NCBI GenBank assembly: GCA_964187785.1
Contig: OZ076409.1
Coordinates: 31,374,001 to 31,438,000 of the forward strand
Source: Amphiscolops sp. MND2022
Taxonomy: Eukaryota
Direction: 5' to 3'
Length of the DNA stretch: 64,000 nucleotides
Shown: positions 1 through 12,700 of the stretch, piece by piece
Layout of the letters: each line of letters begins with the position of its first letter
How positions within the stretch are numbered: position 1 is the stretch's first letter
Program-made: the position numbers and the translations under genes
The notes under the pieces: generated by a model
What the model saw: the letters and a program-made list of their open reading frames with translations, nothing else
Databases searched by the model: none
What the model was told of the DNA's origin: nothing

Positions 1-891
1 TTGGTTCCCGCCAATAGCGATGATGTCACTTTCTTAGAAGCGTTAACTCCAAACCTTCACTTCGGGTGAATTGGCATTTCCTTCTTTCGAATCTCCTGGA
101 GCTAGAAGGAAACGATCATGGACGTCGATACAAGCGAGCCATCACACGCCATTTCGATATGGCAACGATAGTTGTTCGAGTACGTTTCGACCCTGAATAC
201 GCGTCGAAGGTAGAATTCGCCCTGTGGTGAGCTGAAGACTAGAGATTTAGTCAGGATTTCAGATACACCCAGCCCGGGTAACTACTTTTTAGTTCGAAGC
301 CAGGTCCTTCTCTTCGATAAAGACTTTCGCCCGCTCAGTGACTCTGAAAACGAAATCAGGAGCATTTACCAGACCAATTATTAGTCAAGTATCGTGTTCG
401 ACGCCACGCCTTGTATTGAAAGTTGATTCTGGCCACTAGTGAAATGTTTGTTTTCCGTGGTCTACCGGTACCAGACCGGCCGGGGAGAGCAGGGTGTGTT
501 GGTTTGAATCCCTTCTTGAGCCAAAACGCTTTCAATAACCTTTCGCAACCCCGACTTTTGATCCGTTTGTTAATTTCATCTAAATATTTTTATTGTTTGC
601 AATAAACCTTAATCATGTAATCTAAACGATACTTTCCGCCGTGCTTGTTTTGTATGTAGTCTTGTCTTCGTTGTATTGCATACTGTTCACATTGAACATT
701 TACTTTTTGAATTTTCAGTCTACATCAATAGTCTTATACGTTACCTTCTACCTAACGAGTCAAATGAAGTCTTCTTTTTAACATCGCTGTTTCCGATGGG
801 AACAAGCTTCTGGACCGCACATAGAGCTCACTAGTGATGTAATTTCAGCACACTGTTTACGTTGAACATTTACATTCCGAAGAGACGACTC

Positions 892-1333
892 TTTTTTAGT
901 CGGCGCCTTTTCCCTAATGAAAAAAGCCGGACTATTACAGTGGGTAGTTTTTTTTCAGCTGATAATCTCACTCTGAATGGTCCACTTTTCTTACAATTTC
1001 TTACAATTCTTAGCTTACGAAGTAGTATTTTTATATCATTTAAGAAACTCAACGGGGCCAAAGAGTACTTTCGGCTCTGTGAGACTTTTTATTCGAAATT
1101 TTTTTTCACCGAGTGGTCCCACCTTCAAGTTTTTGATATTTTTGGACAGAATTGATTTTGAAAAATCCCAAATGGTCCCCCCTTTCAGTTTTTTTTCGGC
1201 ATTGTGAGACTTTTTTTTGGAAAAAAATTCCATAAAAGGGTCCCCAATTCACTAATACTTTGACATTTTGAAGTCCTTTTGGTATTTTTGAGCCTTAGAT
1301 ATGGCGCCGACTCGGGCCTATCCCTGCTTGTTT
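892..1333 (+). mobile_element. Helentron-like non-autonomous element (HINE/DINE-1 architecture)
   Basis: 5' TTTTTTAGTCGGCGC ... 3' GCGCCGACT subterminal IR, then a GC-rich degenerate hairpin and CTTGTTT end. Confidence 0.65.
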
Positions 1334-1619
1334 GGTCTATTCATTTGATGTGAAAATGCTTGATTTAGAGTTTTTTTTTCTTCTCTCTATCAGATATCAT
1401 GGATCTTCGTCATCAATTGAGTGCCATGTGTATCATCATGTTGGGGGGAGAAGACACACACCCGTGGTCTGCAACGAAAGTAGGGAACCCCATACCAGCC
1501 ACTATACCAGTAGACCAGTAACAAAAAAACAACCAACAAACTACTTAAACCAGCCACTATGCAGTCGACCGGTGGACTTTATTTATAGCTGCTTTGATAT
1601 AAAGGTAAAACAAATTAGG

Positions 1620-1765
1620 CTATATGTAATAAATTTCTTCGAACGCATCTCTGTCGCTCACAGTTCCTAGAACACAGGCCGCATTGCCGATCTGAAGAGC
1701 CATTGAAATTCGTTGTTTCAAAAAGCTGCCAGCTCGTTGATCGTCGTGCGAACGAATGTAATTTG
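1620..1765 (-). pseudogene. 3' end of a CRE-like (RLE endonuclease) non-LTR retrotransposon ORF
   Basis: AGSFLKQRISMALQIGNAACVLGT resembles the QRxSxAxQxGNA C-terminal motif of CRE-type elements; absent from the sister duplicate copy. Confidence 0.6.
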
Positions 1766-3541
1766 ATTTAGAGTAAAACTGGCGTATTTCCTCTTCGCTC
1801 ACTGTGAATTCTGTTCCACATTGTTGATATGACAAAAACAGATGCAGTCATTTCAAATGTTGAAAATCTTACAAACATCTCTGTCGGTTTTATCTTTACA
1901 ACTGGTTGAAGCTTCAGTCCTTCTATTTTCAAAATTATTCTGCGACTGCTCTTTCTTTGTCCCCATGTTAAAACGTGGCTTCTGTTCATTTTCCTGTGAC
2001 GTGTAAAAAATTGGTCCTAAGCAGTGAACGCCTTTTTGATAAGATCTTGAGCGGTCGTAGACCGACAGATGAAGTCCCATTAACTGAATTTTGTCTGGTC
2101 GACGTTTTAACGCACCTCCTTTGGTTCCCGCCAATAGCGATGATGTCACTTTCTTAGAAGCGTTAACTCCAAACCTTCACTTCGGGTGAATTGGCATTTC
2201 CTTCTTTCGAATCTCCTGGAGCTAGAAGGAAACGATCATGGACGTCGATACAAGCGAGCCATCACATACGCCATTTCGATATGGCAACGATAGTTGTTCG
2301 AATACGTTTCGACCCTGAATACGCGTCGAAGGTAGAATTCGCCCTGTGGTGAGCTGAAGACTAGAGATTTAGTCAGGATTTCAGATACACCCAGCCCGGG
2401 TAACTACTTTTTAGTTCGAAGCCAGGTCCTTCTCTTCGATAAAGACTTTCGCCCGCTCAGTGACTCTGAAAACGAAATCAGGAGCATTTACCAGACCAAT
2501 TATTAGTCAAGTATCGTGTTCGACGCCACGCCTTGTATTGAAAGTTGATTCTGGCCACTAGTGAAATGTTTGTTTTCCGTGGTCTACCGGTACCAGACCG
2601 GCCGGGGAGAGCAGGGTGTGTTGGTTTGAATCCCTTCTTGAGCCAAAACGCTTTCAATAACCTTTCGCAACCCCGACTTTTGATCCGTTTGTTAATTTCA
2701 TCTAAATATTTTTATTGTTTGCAATCAACCTTAATCATGTAATCTAAACGATACTTGCCGCCGTGCTGGTTTTGTTTGTAGTCTTGTCTTCGTTGTATTG
2801 CATACTGTTTACATTGAACATTTACTTTTTGAATATTCAGTCTACATCAATAGTCTTATACGTTACTTTCTATCTAACGAGTCAAAAGAAGTCTGCTTTT
2901 TAACATCGCTGTTTTCGCTGGGAACAAGCTTCTGGACCACTCACTAATGATATTATCCAAGTCAACGTGAAAATTTTAAGCAGCGCTATGGTTAGAATAC
3001 GACTCATTTTTTGGTCAATTCATTTGATGTGTCATACAGGGTAAATCTGGCATATTTCCTCTTCGCTCTTTGTGAATTCTGTTCCACATTGTTGGTATGC
3101 CCAAAACAGCGCAGTCAATTCTAATGTCGAAAAATTTGCCATAAAGATTTTTGTCAGGTCAATCTCTGCAACTGGTTGAAGCTTCAGTCCTAGCATTCTC
3201 ATGATAATTGTGCGACTGCTCTTTCCTTATGTCCTCATGTTAAAACTTGTTTATAGTTCATTTTTAAGTGACGTGTAAAAAATTTCAGTGGTTTTTTTGT
3301 ATAACTTGAATAACGCAAAACATTATTCCATATGGCAATCATAGCCAACTGCAGTTTTTGTATCAAATCTCGTAAATTACATCAAATCTCGTAAATTACG
3401 TAATCACGTAAATTTCGATGGAACCTTTGGTCAGCTCGAAGGATTGTTGTTTCGTTAAGAAATCATTTTTATCAGGTGTCAGAAGCGACTGAATTTCAGG
3501 TGTTTGTCTGTGATATATTTTTGAGAAGCAGCATCATAACG

Positions 3542-3730
3542 ATGGTCTCTGAAATGGATAAACGATTGCTAGGGCTAATACAGGGTTTGGACCTGAATAA
3601 CTACCCATTTGATGATGATTCAACTATTCCTGCTGACAAACTGGAGAAGTTGAAATCTTGTCATTGGCTCAACCTCAAGCGGAATGGATTGCGAAAAGTA
3701 CCAGCGGCTGTTTGTAATCTCATGGAACTT
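3542..3730 (+). CDS. FLII: FLII coding exon 1 (LRR)
   Basis: ATG at 3542, MVSEMDKRLLGLIQGLDLNNY...VCNLMEL, donor gtaagt at 3731, phase 0. Confidence 0.88.
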
Positions 3731-6700
3731 GTAAGTGCTTTTTAAATCGTATTACTCTGAGATGGGAAAATACCCTGCTACGTATCCGATTTAATTGGCA
3801 AATGAAGCTATTATTCAACTACAGTGGTGATCAACAAAAAATTCATCTCGAGGCGAGTTTTAATTTTAATTCACAGGAGAACGGATCAGCAGCGTTACAC
3901 TGAAATCAATATCAGTTCAGCTTTTACTGGCGTGAAAAATTTAGCTTGAACTTTCCAACTAAAACTCAAGACCAGCAAATGGTATCTGAATTTTAAAGAT
4001 TAGAACATGTAGCGATTTTTTGTGTTTAAAATGTGTAGATCCCATTTGTGTGGAGTCCATTTGAAAACTTCAACTTTTAGTCTTTGAACGTAATTGGTTG
4101 TGTTGTAGGAATTTCTCTCGTTAGCATACAATAAGATCACCGAACTCAACGGAGAGGTGGGAGGATTGGCGGAAAGTTTGAGTGTGTTGGACTTGAGATG
4201 GAACAGACTGCACAATACATTGTGCTCCAATGACCATTTGGCCACTCTGTCCAATCTCACTATCCTCGACTTGAGTCATAACCCTCTAATGAGTGTGCCT
4301 TCTTCTCTGGAGCAACTAAAACAGCTCCAGTTTCTGTCTCTCAAAAACACCAAGTCAGTTCTTAACCCATCCTATTGCATCTTTTGAATAACTGCAACAA
4401 TTATTATAAACTTCAACATGTTGTACGAATACTTCAACTCATCTAATTAATACAATTATATTTTAAACTCTGCTTTCTGTAATGGTTTCGATTGACTGAA
4501 TTAAATTATTTTTGTTATTATCATTAATATACTATTTTGGCAAATTGTTAAAATGACATTACGTTCTTTTTCGATGTAGAAATAAATTATTTCTGTTGCA
4601 GGGTAACAACGATGCCGTGCTCTCTCTTCATTTCGCTCACTAACTTGAATCATTTGGATGTGAGTGACAATGATCTTGAAACGCTTCCGGTCCAGCTCCG
4701 ACGTTTGGTCAATTTGAAGACTCTGGTGCTGAGCCATAACCCAAACCTTGTCACCTGTCCTTTAAAGTAAGATTACGTGTACTTCAAGTATCATTTGTTT
4801 CAATCTATTTTGATACATTAGGTGATAATGGGCACCCATTTAATTACGTTTGCCTTTTCAAGTCTTGCCCACGTTCTAGGCAGTTGTCATCGATGCACAA
4901 TTTGGAAGTACTCCACCTGAGAAATACTGGAAGAAATCTGGAAAATATTCCTGACGATATATCAAAATTACTTCACCTGAGCGGTGAGATACTTCATTTG
5001 CTTGTTTTTATTGGCACCAGGAAAGTTCTATTAGATGAAAATGTTTGTTTCAGATATTGATTTGGGCGAAAACAACTTAACGAAAGTTCCCAATTGCATC
5101 ATCGCTTGTCCATCTTTGAAACGACTCAACATAAGCGATAACGACATCGAAACATTTCCAAAGTCAATAGGTTTGATTTCCCAACTTCTCTCCTGCAAAT
5201 TTTTGAACTATTGTACGTGATTGATTGGTTTTAGATATGTGGGTGCATTTGGAGACAATCTGCTTGTCGAGAAATAAAGTTTCCGCTCTACCAGTAAGAG
5301 TACTACTCTCATTGCCAATCCTCAAAGCTTAAATATATGTAATTTCAAACCTCAAAGGTAATGTTTGGAAAGCTTAAACTCGTTAGTGAAAATCAGAACT
5401 CATGCGAAATTGGGGAAAAGACATCACTCGCTGAAATTCTTTGTGCAAGCTTCCATTGGAAAAGTTTCTGGCGTTCTTTTCACAATAACATTGGACATAC
5501 TTTTTGACGACATCACTAACAAGTAGTTCTTTTTAAGCCTTTTCACGTTTTAAATTTCGAAATGTTTGACATTTTCCGCCATTATAACTTCGGCAAGGTT
5601 CATTGCACCTTAAGATAACTGGTTGAGACTTTGCCAACAAAAGTTACCTTTGCCATCCAAATGTCTAAAATATGCGTAGAAAATCGTTCGTACGAAATTG
5701 AGGACGAAATTACTGTCGAAGTTATATCACATGAGCTGTGTAGCGGTTTGATGTCTTAATGGTTTGGAACAATGATACTGAAATGAAAATGATTTCAGTC
5801 TGAATTTGGCAAGCTGATAAATTTGCGGAATTTGTACATGGACAGTAATGAACTTACACTGCAAACCCTCCTTGAAGCCAACTTGGGTCGTCTCTCTAAT
5901 TTGGAAGTTTTCTCGGCTGCGTTCAACCAATTGCAATCTATCCCTGAGGGCCTTTGCAGATGCACCAAGCTGAAAAAGATTAACTTGATGTTCAACAAGC
6001 TTGTCAACCTACCGGAGTCCATACATTTTCTCTCTTTGCAGGTATGAACTTTGTTTAACTTTTCGGTCATGTCATATTATGTTATGGACTATTATATAGA
6101 AGGCTATCAAAAATGTACGCACAGCATTTTATTCTCGATCAAGCGCTGAAACCGAGACGCCATGTTTAAAGTTCATTCTGACAGCTTTTGAACAGATCAA
6201 TCACAGTGGAATAACCAATTTATTGCCACTGATTTTATGAAATTATTTTTCGCTGTTGGCGATGCCTTTCATGAAGCCCAATGTTACTCAATTGAAAGTC
6301 TAAAATTTCGTACTGTTTCCAAATATTGAAAGGCGCCCAATCTACATTTGTTTTTGAAATAGAAATCTTACCAAAGGTTAGTTGACTTTCCTGTTTTGCG
6401 GGAGAGCAAAAGTTTGTTGAAAAGGAATATTTTCTTTGAAAGCACTTTTTTGTTGAGTGAAAGAAAAGAGTGATGAAAATGTGAACACATCAAATCAATC
6501 GAGAAACATGAAGTTGTCAATGAATGAGATATGGCTAATTTTATGTATCGATGCTATGGAAATAAAGAAACATGTTCATGAACTGAAAATTTCGTTCAAT
6601 CATTCGAATGGGTGCGATATCAAATATTGTTTATCATATTTATCATCAATAATGAAGTCATCACATGTTAAATCAATATTTGTAAACAACATTTTTCTGG

Positions 6701-9700
6701 AACATTTTGTCTATTCGTCAGCCATATTTTTGAACAATTTACTTCTTTTGCAAAGTGTTATTCTAAATTCACTTTCATTTGTTTCCTCAAAACATACTGA
6801 TTTCAATTGGCTCTATAAAACACGAGTATTGAAAGAACTGTACTTCACCTCGTAACATTTGGTGCCGTGAACTCATTAATTTCAAAGAGCCAATATCCCC
6901 TTTGACTATCCAATCTTTGCTTTGCGAACGTTCTACTGATTCACCGCACATCCTATTCAACAGTGCCTTCAAATCGAAGCACCAGAGGCAGTGACGGCAC
7001 TACAAAGACCGATAACAATACCTTAGGCGACGATGTTGCCAAATTGAAACTATCCCGCTGCAGTCATCCAGGGGCGACTACAAACTCTTGAAGCGCATAG
7101 ACGAACTGCTTCAAATGGCCCAAGACGACACCCACAACATCATTACGGTTCAACAGCTTTGTGGTTGCTACGAAAGGTTACTTGACAAAATCGCCCTTTT
7201 GACCAGAATGGGTCAACAACTGATTGATCTCCTGTCTGACGATGAATACAGAGACGAAGAAGGCTCTTGTTCGGGCCTCATGGAAGAGCTCAAAAACAAA
7301 CTAGCTGAGGTCAAATATGTGGTCGAACGTCCTACCAAATTATCCCATGTCTCTGGTTCCGTTGTTCGTGTTGAACTACCCAAACTAGATTTGCCACATT
7401 CGATGGTAAGTAGACTGAATGGACATCATTTTGGGACCGTTTCCGACATCAGTAGACGCAGACTTTTCCCTATCTGGTTCTAAAAACTCGAAAATTTATC
7501 TCGAAAATTCCCTCAAAGGTGAAACGTTCAAGGTTATCTTTTCTCTATCAATAATGATGACAATTATCCTACAGCACGTGGGTTCGTCCGTGAGAGGTAT
7601 GCGAACAAGCAATGTTTTGTCCGGGCTCGCTTCCAAGCACTTTACAATTACCCAACTGTGAAGACCGATCATTCCACAGCCTTACGCAAGCTCCACACAG
7701 CCATACTCGAGCACACGTCTGCTTTATTCAACTTGGGCGTCACAGATGATCATCTCATTGTTTCTCTGTGCCGAAAAGTTGGATACAGAAACGCGGAAGC
7801 AGTGCGTGATTCAACAAGCCGGAAACGGCAAAAGTCGGCGCTTTATATAAGACTCAAAATTGTAAAACGGGGACCCTTTGGGCCTTGTGAAACTCCAGTT
7901 AATTGCAAATTATGAAAAAAAATGAAGGGGGGCCTCCGAGAGATTTTTAAAAATTTCCAAAAAAATTTAAAATAGCATTTTTGAACAGTGTCAGAGTTCC
8001 GAAAAATGCAAAAGGGTGGACCCTTCGGTGTTTCTTGACATCCATTGTTTTGCAAAATATGGAAACAAACGAAGGGGAGACCCTTTGGTGGAATCCAAAA
8101 AAGTTCAAAAAGTCGCACTCTGCCAAAAAAAATCGCGTGAAAACCACCAAAAGGGTGGTCCTATGTTTTCGAGGTTCTGGACGTCGATGTTTTTGTTTTG
8201 GACGAGGTTCTGACGTTTGGAGTATGTTTCGGACGTTCGTAATTCAAGTTGATGGTGTTGAACAAATGAACAGAAAAGTGGACCGATTGCGTTGAACTGA
8301 GGAAAAAAACTAGCCACTTTAAGTCGTGCATTTTCTTCGAAAACGCCGACTAAAAACCGGCATATAGCAGTATTGCAGATCCACGAACATTGTCAGACCT
8401 GGTAGCCTTTCTGGTCGCACGTGTGAGAGAATTAGAAGCAAGGCCTACCAAGCCGGGTCAGGAGGTAACTTAGAAGGTATTATCCAGGCAACAGAGTTCA
8501 GATCACAATCAGTCGTATCTGGGAGCAACGGTTCAAGGTTGCATCCTTTGCCAGGCTTCGTATCACTGTCTTTCCAAACTTCCAGCTTTCCACGACGTTT
8601 CCGTGGTGATCGCTACTGCAAGGCGAAATAACTTGCTGTATGCTTCAAATGTCTCTCAACGGGGCATCGACCAAAAGCATGTACGAGCAAAAAGACATGG
8701 AGGATGTGTCAAAGAAAACGTCACATGCTTCTCCACAAGGATATACAACGGGTGAAACACACCAATGTTGCTGGGGTTTCCAAAGTTAGTTGAGGCCTGC
8801 TCAGTACCCTCCAAATCAAGGTCTACGACAAGCTCAACAACTGGATCAGTGTCTGTGCACGTTCGGATTTAGAGTCAACGTCATGACCACCCATATGGTT
8901 AAACAAGCCAGGAACGGCCCAAGTCGGCGCCATATCCAAGGCTCAAAAATAGCAAAAGGACTTCAAAGTGTCAAGTATTGTCTTTTACAGTACCTGCATG
9001 AGGAAAAAATTGAAAAAATATTTTTTCGATGTTTTTTTCAAAATTTTGTTGGTCTCCGATAAGTCGCATAGTGCCGAAAAATGTAGAAGGGGACCTCAAA
9101 AAGCCTAATTAACCTCTATCTCAAGTGCCATTAGAAGTAGTGTGGCATTTAGTGTTAGTTCAAGTCAGCTTATAAAGCTTATGAAGAAGTTTTTGAACCT
9201 GTTACTGTTATGCAATTGGAAGCTACTAAAAACCAGCAACAATTATCTGAAAAACAAATACAAGCGCTACGTGATTCTTCTCAAACAACAGTACAAGCAA
9301 TAGAAAATCAAACACAGGCTATTCGGGAATCGAATAACGCTTTGAATAGAAATTTACAAAAATCTATTGAAGAATATGATGATATTACTAACCGTAATAA
9401 TCAACTTATTACTAACTTAGTTAATTCAAACCAAGTTGATTCTAGTATCGTTAAGACAGTTTCTAATTTGCTTAATGACAAAAACAAAAGTCAATTTAGT
9501 TTAGAACCCATGAATCTAAATTTATTCACAATTAATCCCCATAACCCACAACAAGTACTAATCAAAGGTTCAACAATGACTTTCGAGAATGGTAACACGT
9601 ACAATTTAAATGATCCAGATCTTTCATATTTTATAACCTATACACAGCTTGATAAAGAAATACAAAACGAGAATCTAATTTATAATTTTTTAAACGATAT

Positions 9701-12700
9701 GAAATATGATCTAAATTATGGAGATAAAAAATCAAGTAGATATAATATAATTAAGTATTTATTTCAACCTCAATTAGGGAGTGGAATAAAATTTGTTTTC
9801 CTTCCATCTGATCCAGATGAGCTTGTAGATCAATTAAAACTACTTTATTTTGAAAAAGTAGGAGGAAATGATAATCCTATGCTTAGTGAACAAATCATAG
9901 CAATTGCAGATAAACTTTTACAATACCAATGTATTACAACAAATCAACATCAAAACCTTATAAGCACATTTACTGAAAAGGATCAGTTTGTGAAGAAAAG
10001 ACCTGGTATTGCGGATTAGATTCATTACATATCATGTATTTTTTACCATTTTTATCTTCTAACCTATTTATTATTGAATAGTTGTATTTTTCTTTCCATG
10101 CTTCTCTGCATAAACTTTTAAATTCGTCATAAGACATATCAAAACCAGCAATATCTCTGTATATATGTTCTACATCTTTCAATGTTTGTTGAAATAAAAT
10201 TATGATATTACTATTGTTTCTAATTGTTCTTTTAGGTAAATCAAAATATGGCTGTGATAAATAATAAACATCCAGATCATTATGTCTTCCTCTAGTAAAA
10301 AATGGATCTATTAATTTCTGTGAAGTGTCCAAAAAATCATCAAATACAACACAACAACTTTGAAAATCTTGAATACTTTTGTCTTCTAGATCTTCTTCTA
10401 CTTTGACTTGTTCTATTTTTATATCGGAGGCCAGCAAAGCTGTGTTGCTGTATTGCTCAGGACTCCTTGTAATAATATGAATTTTCCTTGTATTATCATC
10501 CAATCGAATTAATTGTAATTTGTTTAATAACAAATGGGTCTTTCCACAAAATGATGGGCCAACTATCAATGTCCTACTACAATTATTATCAATTTGATTT
10601 TCATTATCATCATCAGTTTGATTATTATTTAAATAATATACATCTTCTAATAATTTAATACATCTTTTTAAATGTTTTGATAAATAAGTTTTATTGAATT
10701 CCTTATTACAGAATTCACATTTTACTTTTTTATTGAAACATTCTATACATGTACTATATATTTTACCATTTTTATATTTGTAAAAATCTGTTTTCAATAC
10801 ATTACATTCTTTACATCTTTTTTTATTCTCACAATCGGAGCAGACAGATTTTTCATTACTTTTTCCACAAATTATACACTTCATTTATCTAGTAAAAAAT
10901 CACTAAATCACTAAGCAAATTCACTAAGAGCATGATGTTGTAAGTGTAACTTATTTGCTTAGTGACAAAAAAATGCTCTTAGTGAATTTGCTTAGTGATA
11001 TTACTAAGAAATCAAACCCATTTTTTAGCTAATTATTTCATTTTAAACTATTTGCGATGCCAGCTTTGCCGTAACTAATTGCTTGTTCCATTATTATATT
11101 CTGAAATTCCTGTTTAAGTGAGTCTGAAATAAGTGGTTGTTGCATTCTATCGATGTAATTGTCTATTTTAGATTCATTTACTTTAATTTTATTTTGTTTA
11201 CAATAATATACATAATAATAAGCTACATTAAAAGGTGTTATTTCAATTGTTTGATCTGACATCTCTTCTAAAAAGACCTTGAGTTTGTTGTATTCTTCAC
11301 CTGTAAAGAAATAACTTTCATATTTTACATAATCTTCCGGACTCCATTTATGTTTAGTTGTATCATATACTACTTGGTAGTTGTGGTTGAGTATTTTATA
11401 CTTTTGTGATCTAATTCAATTACACCAAATTCTAACTGACTACGATGTTGTTTCCACCTTAATTCTTTGATTGAATAAGTTTGTATTATGGTTTCGAAGA
11501 AACTATCTGGATTGTTAATTGTTATAAAGATCTTAAAACAATTTTCTCTCACAACTGGGAGAACATCCTTTGCATAATGTGCAAGATAAATAACTTGTAT
11601 ATTATGTTGTCTTCCAAACCGGAATAAGTCTTCTACTTTTGTTTTAAGGTTTTTATATGCACCTGCATCATCCAGTATTACCGTTTTATTAGCAAGTGAT
11701 TCAATTTCTATTTTTTCTAATTGAAATAAAGGTATATAATTCTCTTGACGGAATTCAGTTTCATCTCTACCGAATACTATAAAATCGCTGTTAGTTTGAT
11801 CTAAATAATACTTCAGGAAACTAGTCTTACCTGATCCACCAGTACCATACACCAAAAAATGGCAATTAGTATTTGTGATTGGTTTGACTTGTGGCTCGTC
11901 TTTTGGTTGATCAGTTTAATGGGATTTTTTAAATCCCTTGAATTGTTTTAGTTTTTGGTATAATTTTTCGTAATGTCTAGGTCTAATATAATACCAATAA
12001 ATATATAAAACTGTAATAAAAATTACACATAATAAACCTGTATAAAATTTTTTATTCATTTATTAGGAAATAAATGAGTGAAAAGAAGAAAGAAATTGCT
12101 AAAGAAATATTCTCTCCTGTAATTAAGAAGTTTCAAAGAATTCAAATACAAACTCACTATAAAGATGAGTGTTGGAGTATTGATCTGATAGACAGGTCTA
12201 GCTTGTCAAAATATAATAACTAGAAGTTTATTTTTACAATTTTTGACAATCACACTAAATATGCATAGGCGATCCCCATCAAAGATAAAACTGGAAAAAG
12301 TACAACAACTGCATTTAAAAGTCTTATTGAAAAAGCAAAAAGAAAACCTGATAAAATTTGGTCAGATAGAGGTAAAGAGTTTTATAATGAAACATTTTTG
12401 GATTTCCTAAAAGAACAAAACATTCATATTTATTCAACTCATTCAGATTTAAAAGCTGTTTTTGTTGAACGTTTCAATAGAACACTTTTGGACTTAATCA
12501 AAGAACCAATGTACATTGAAGGTAAAGGTAACTGGTTGAATCATTTTGATGCTGCTGTGGAAAAATATAATAATCATGTTCATGGAACTATTAAGATGAC
12601 ACCTTTTGAAATGTCAACTAATCAAAAACTAATACCTAACAATACCGAAGGCGCTCTGCGTAATAATTTTAAAAACAAACAACCCAAGTTTCATGTGGGA

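Larger units (their letters stand above)
1..3280. repeat. Local tandem duplication upstream of FLII
   Basis: 1-~830 is near-identical to 2121-~2950, and ~1790-2010 matches ~3050-3280. The first copy has two extra inserts (HINE, CRE fragment). Confidence 0.9.

Noticed and set aside
423..2742. Duplicated ORF MILATSEMF...
   Set aside because: Non-ATG start and no domain; identity is explained by the DNA duplication
3470..3541. Acceptor-like tttcag/atcag upstream of the FLII ATG (UTR intron or trans-splice site)
   Set aside because: Cannot be resolved without transcript data
3542..6041. Stand-alone LRR immune receptor gene
   Set aside because: The exons continue in phase into the FLII linker and gelsolin exons
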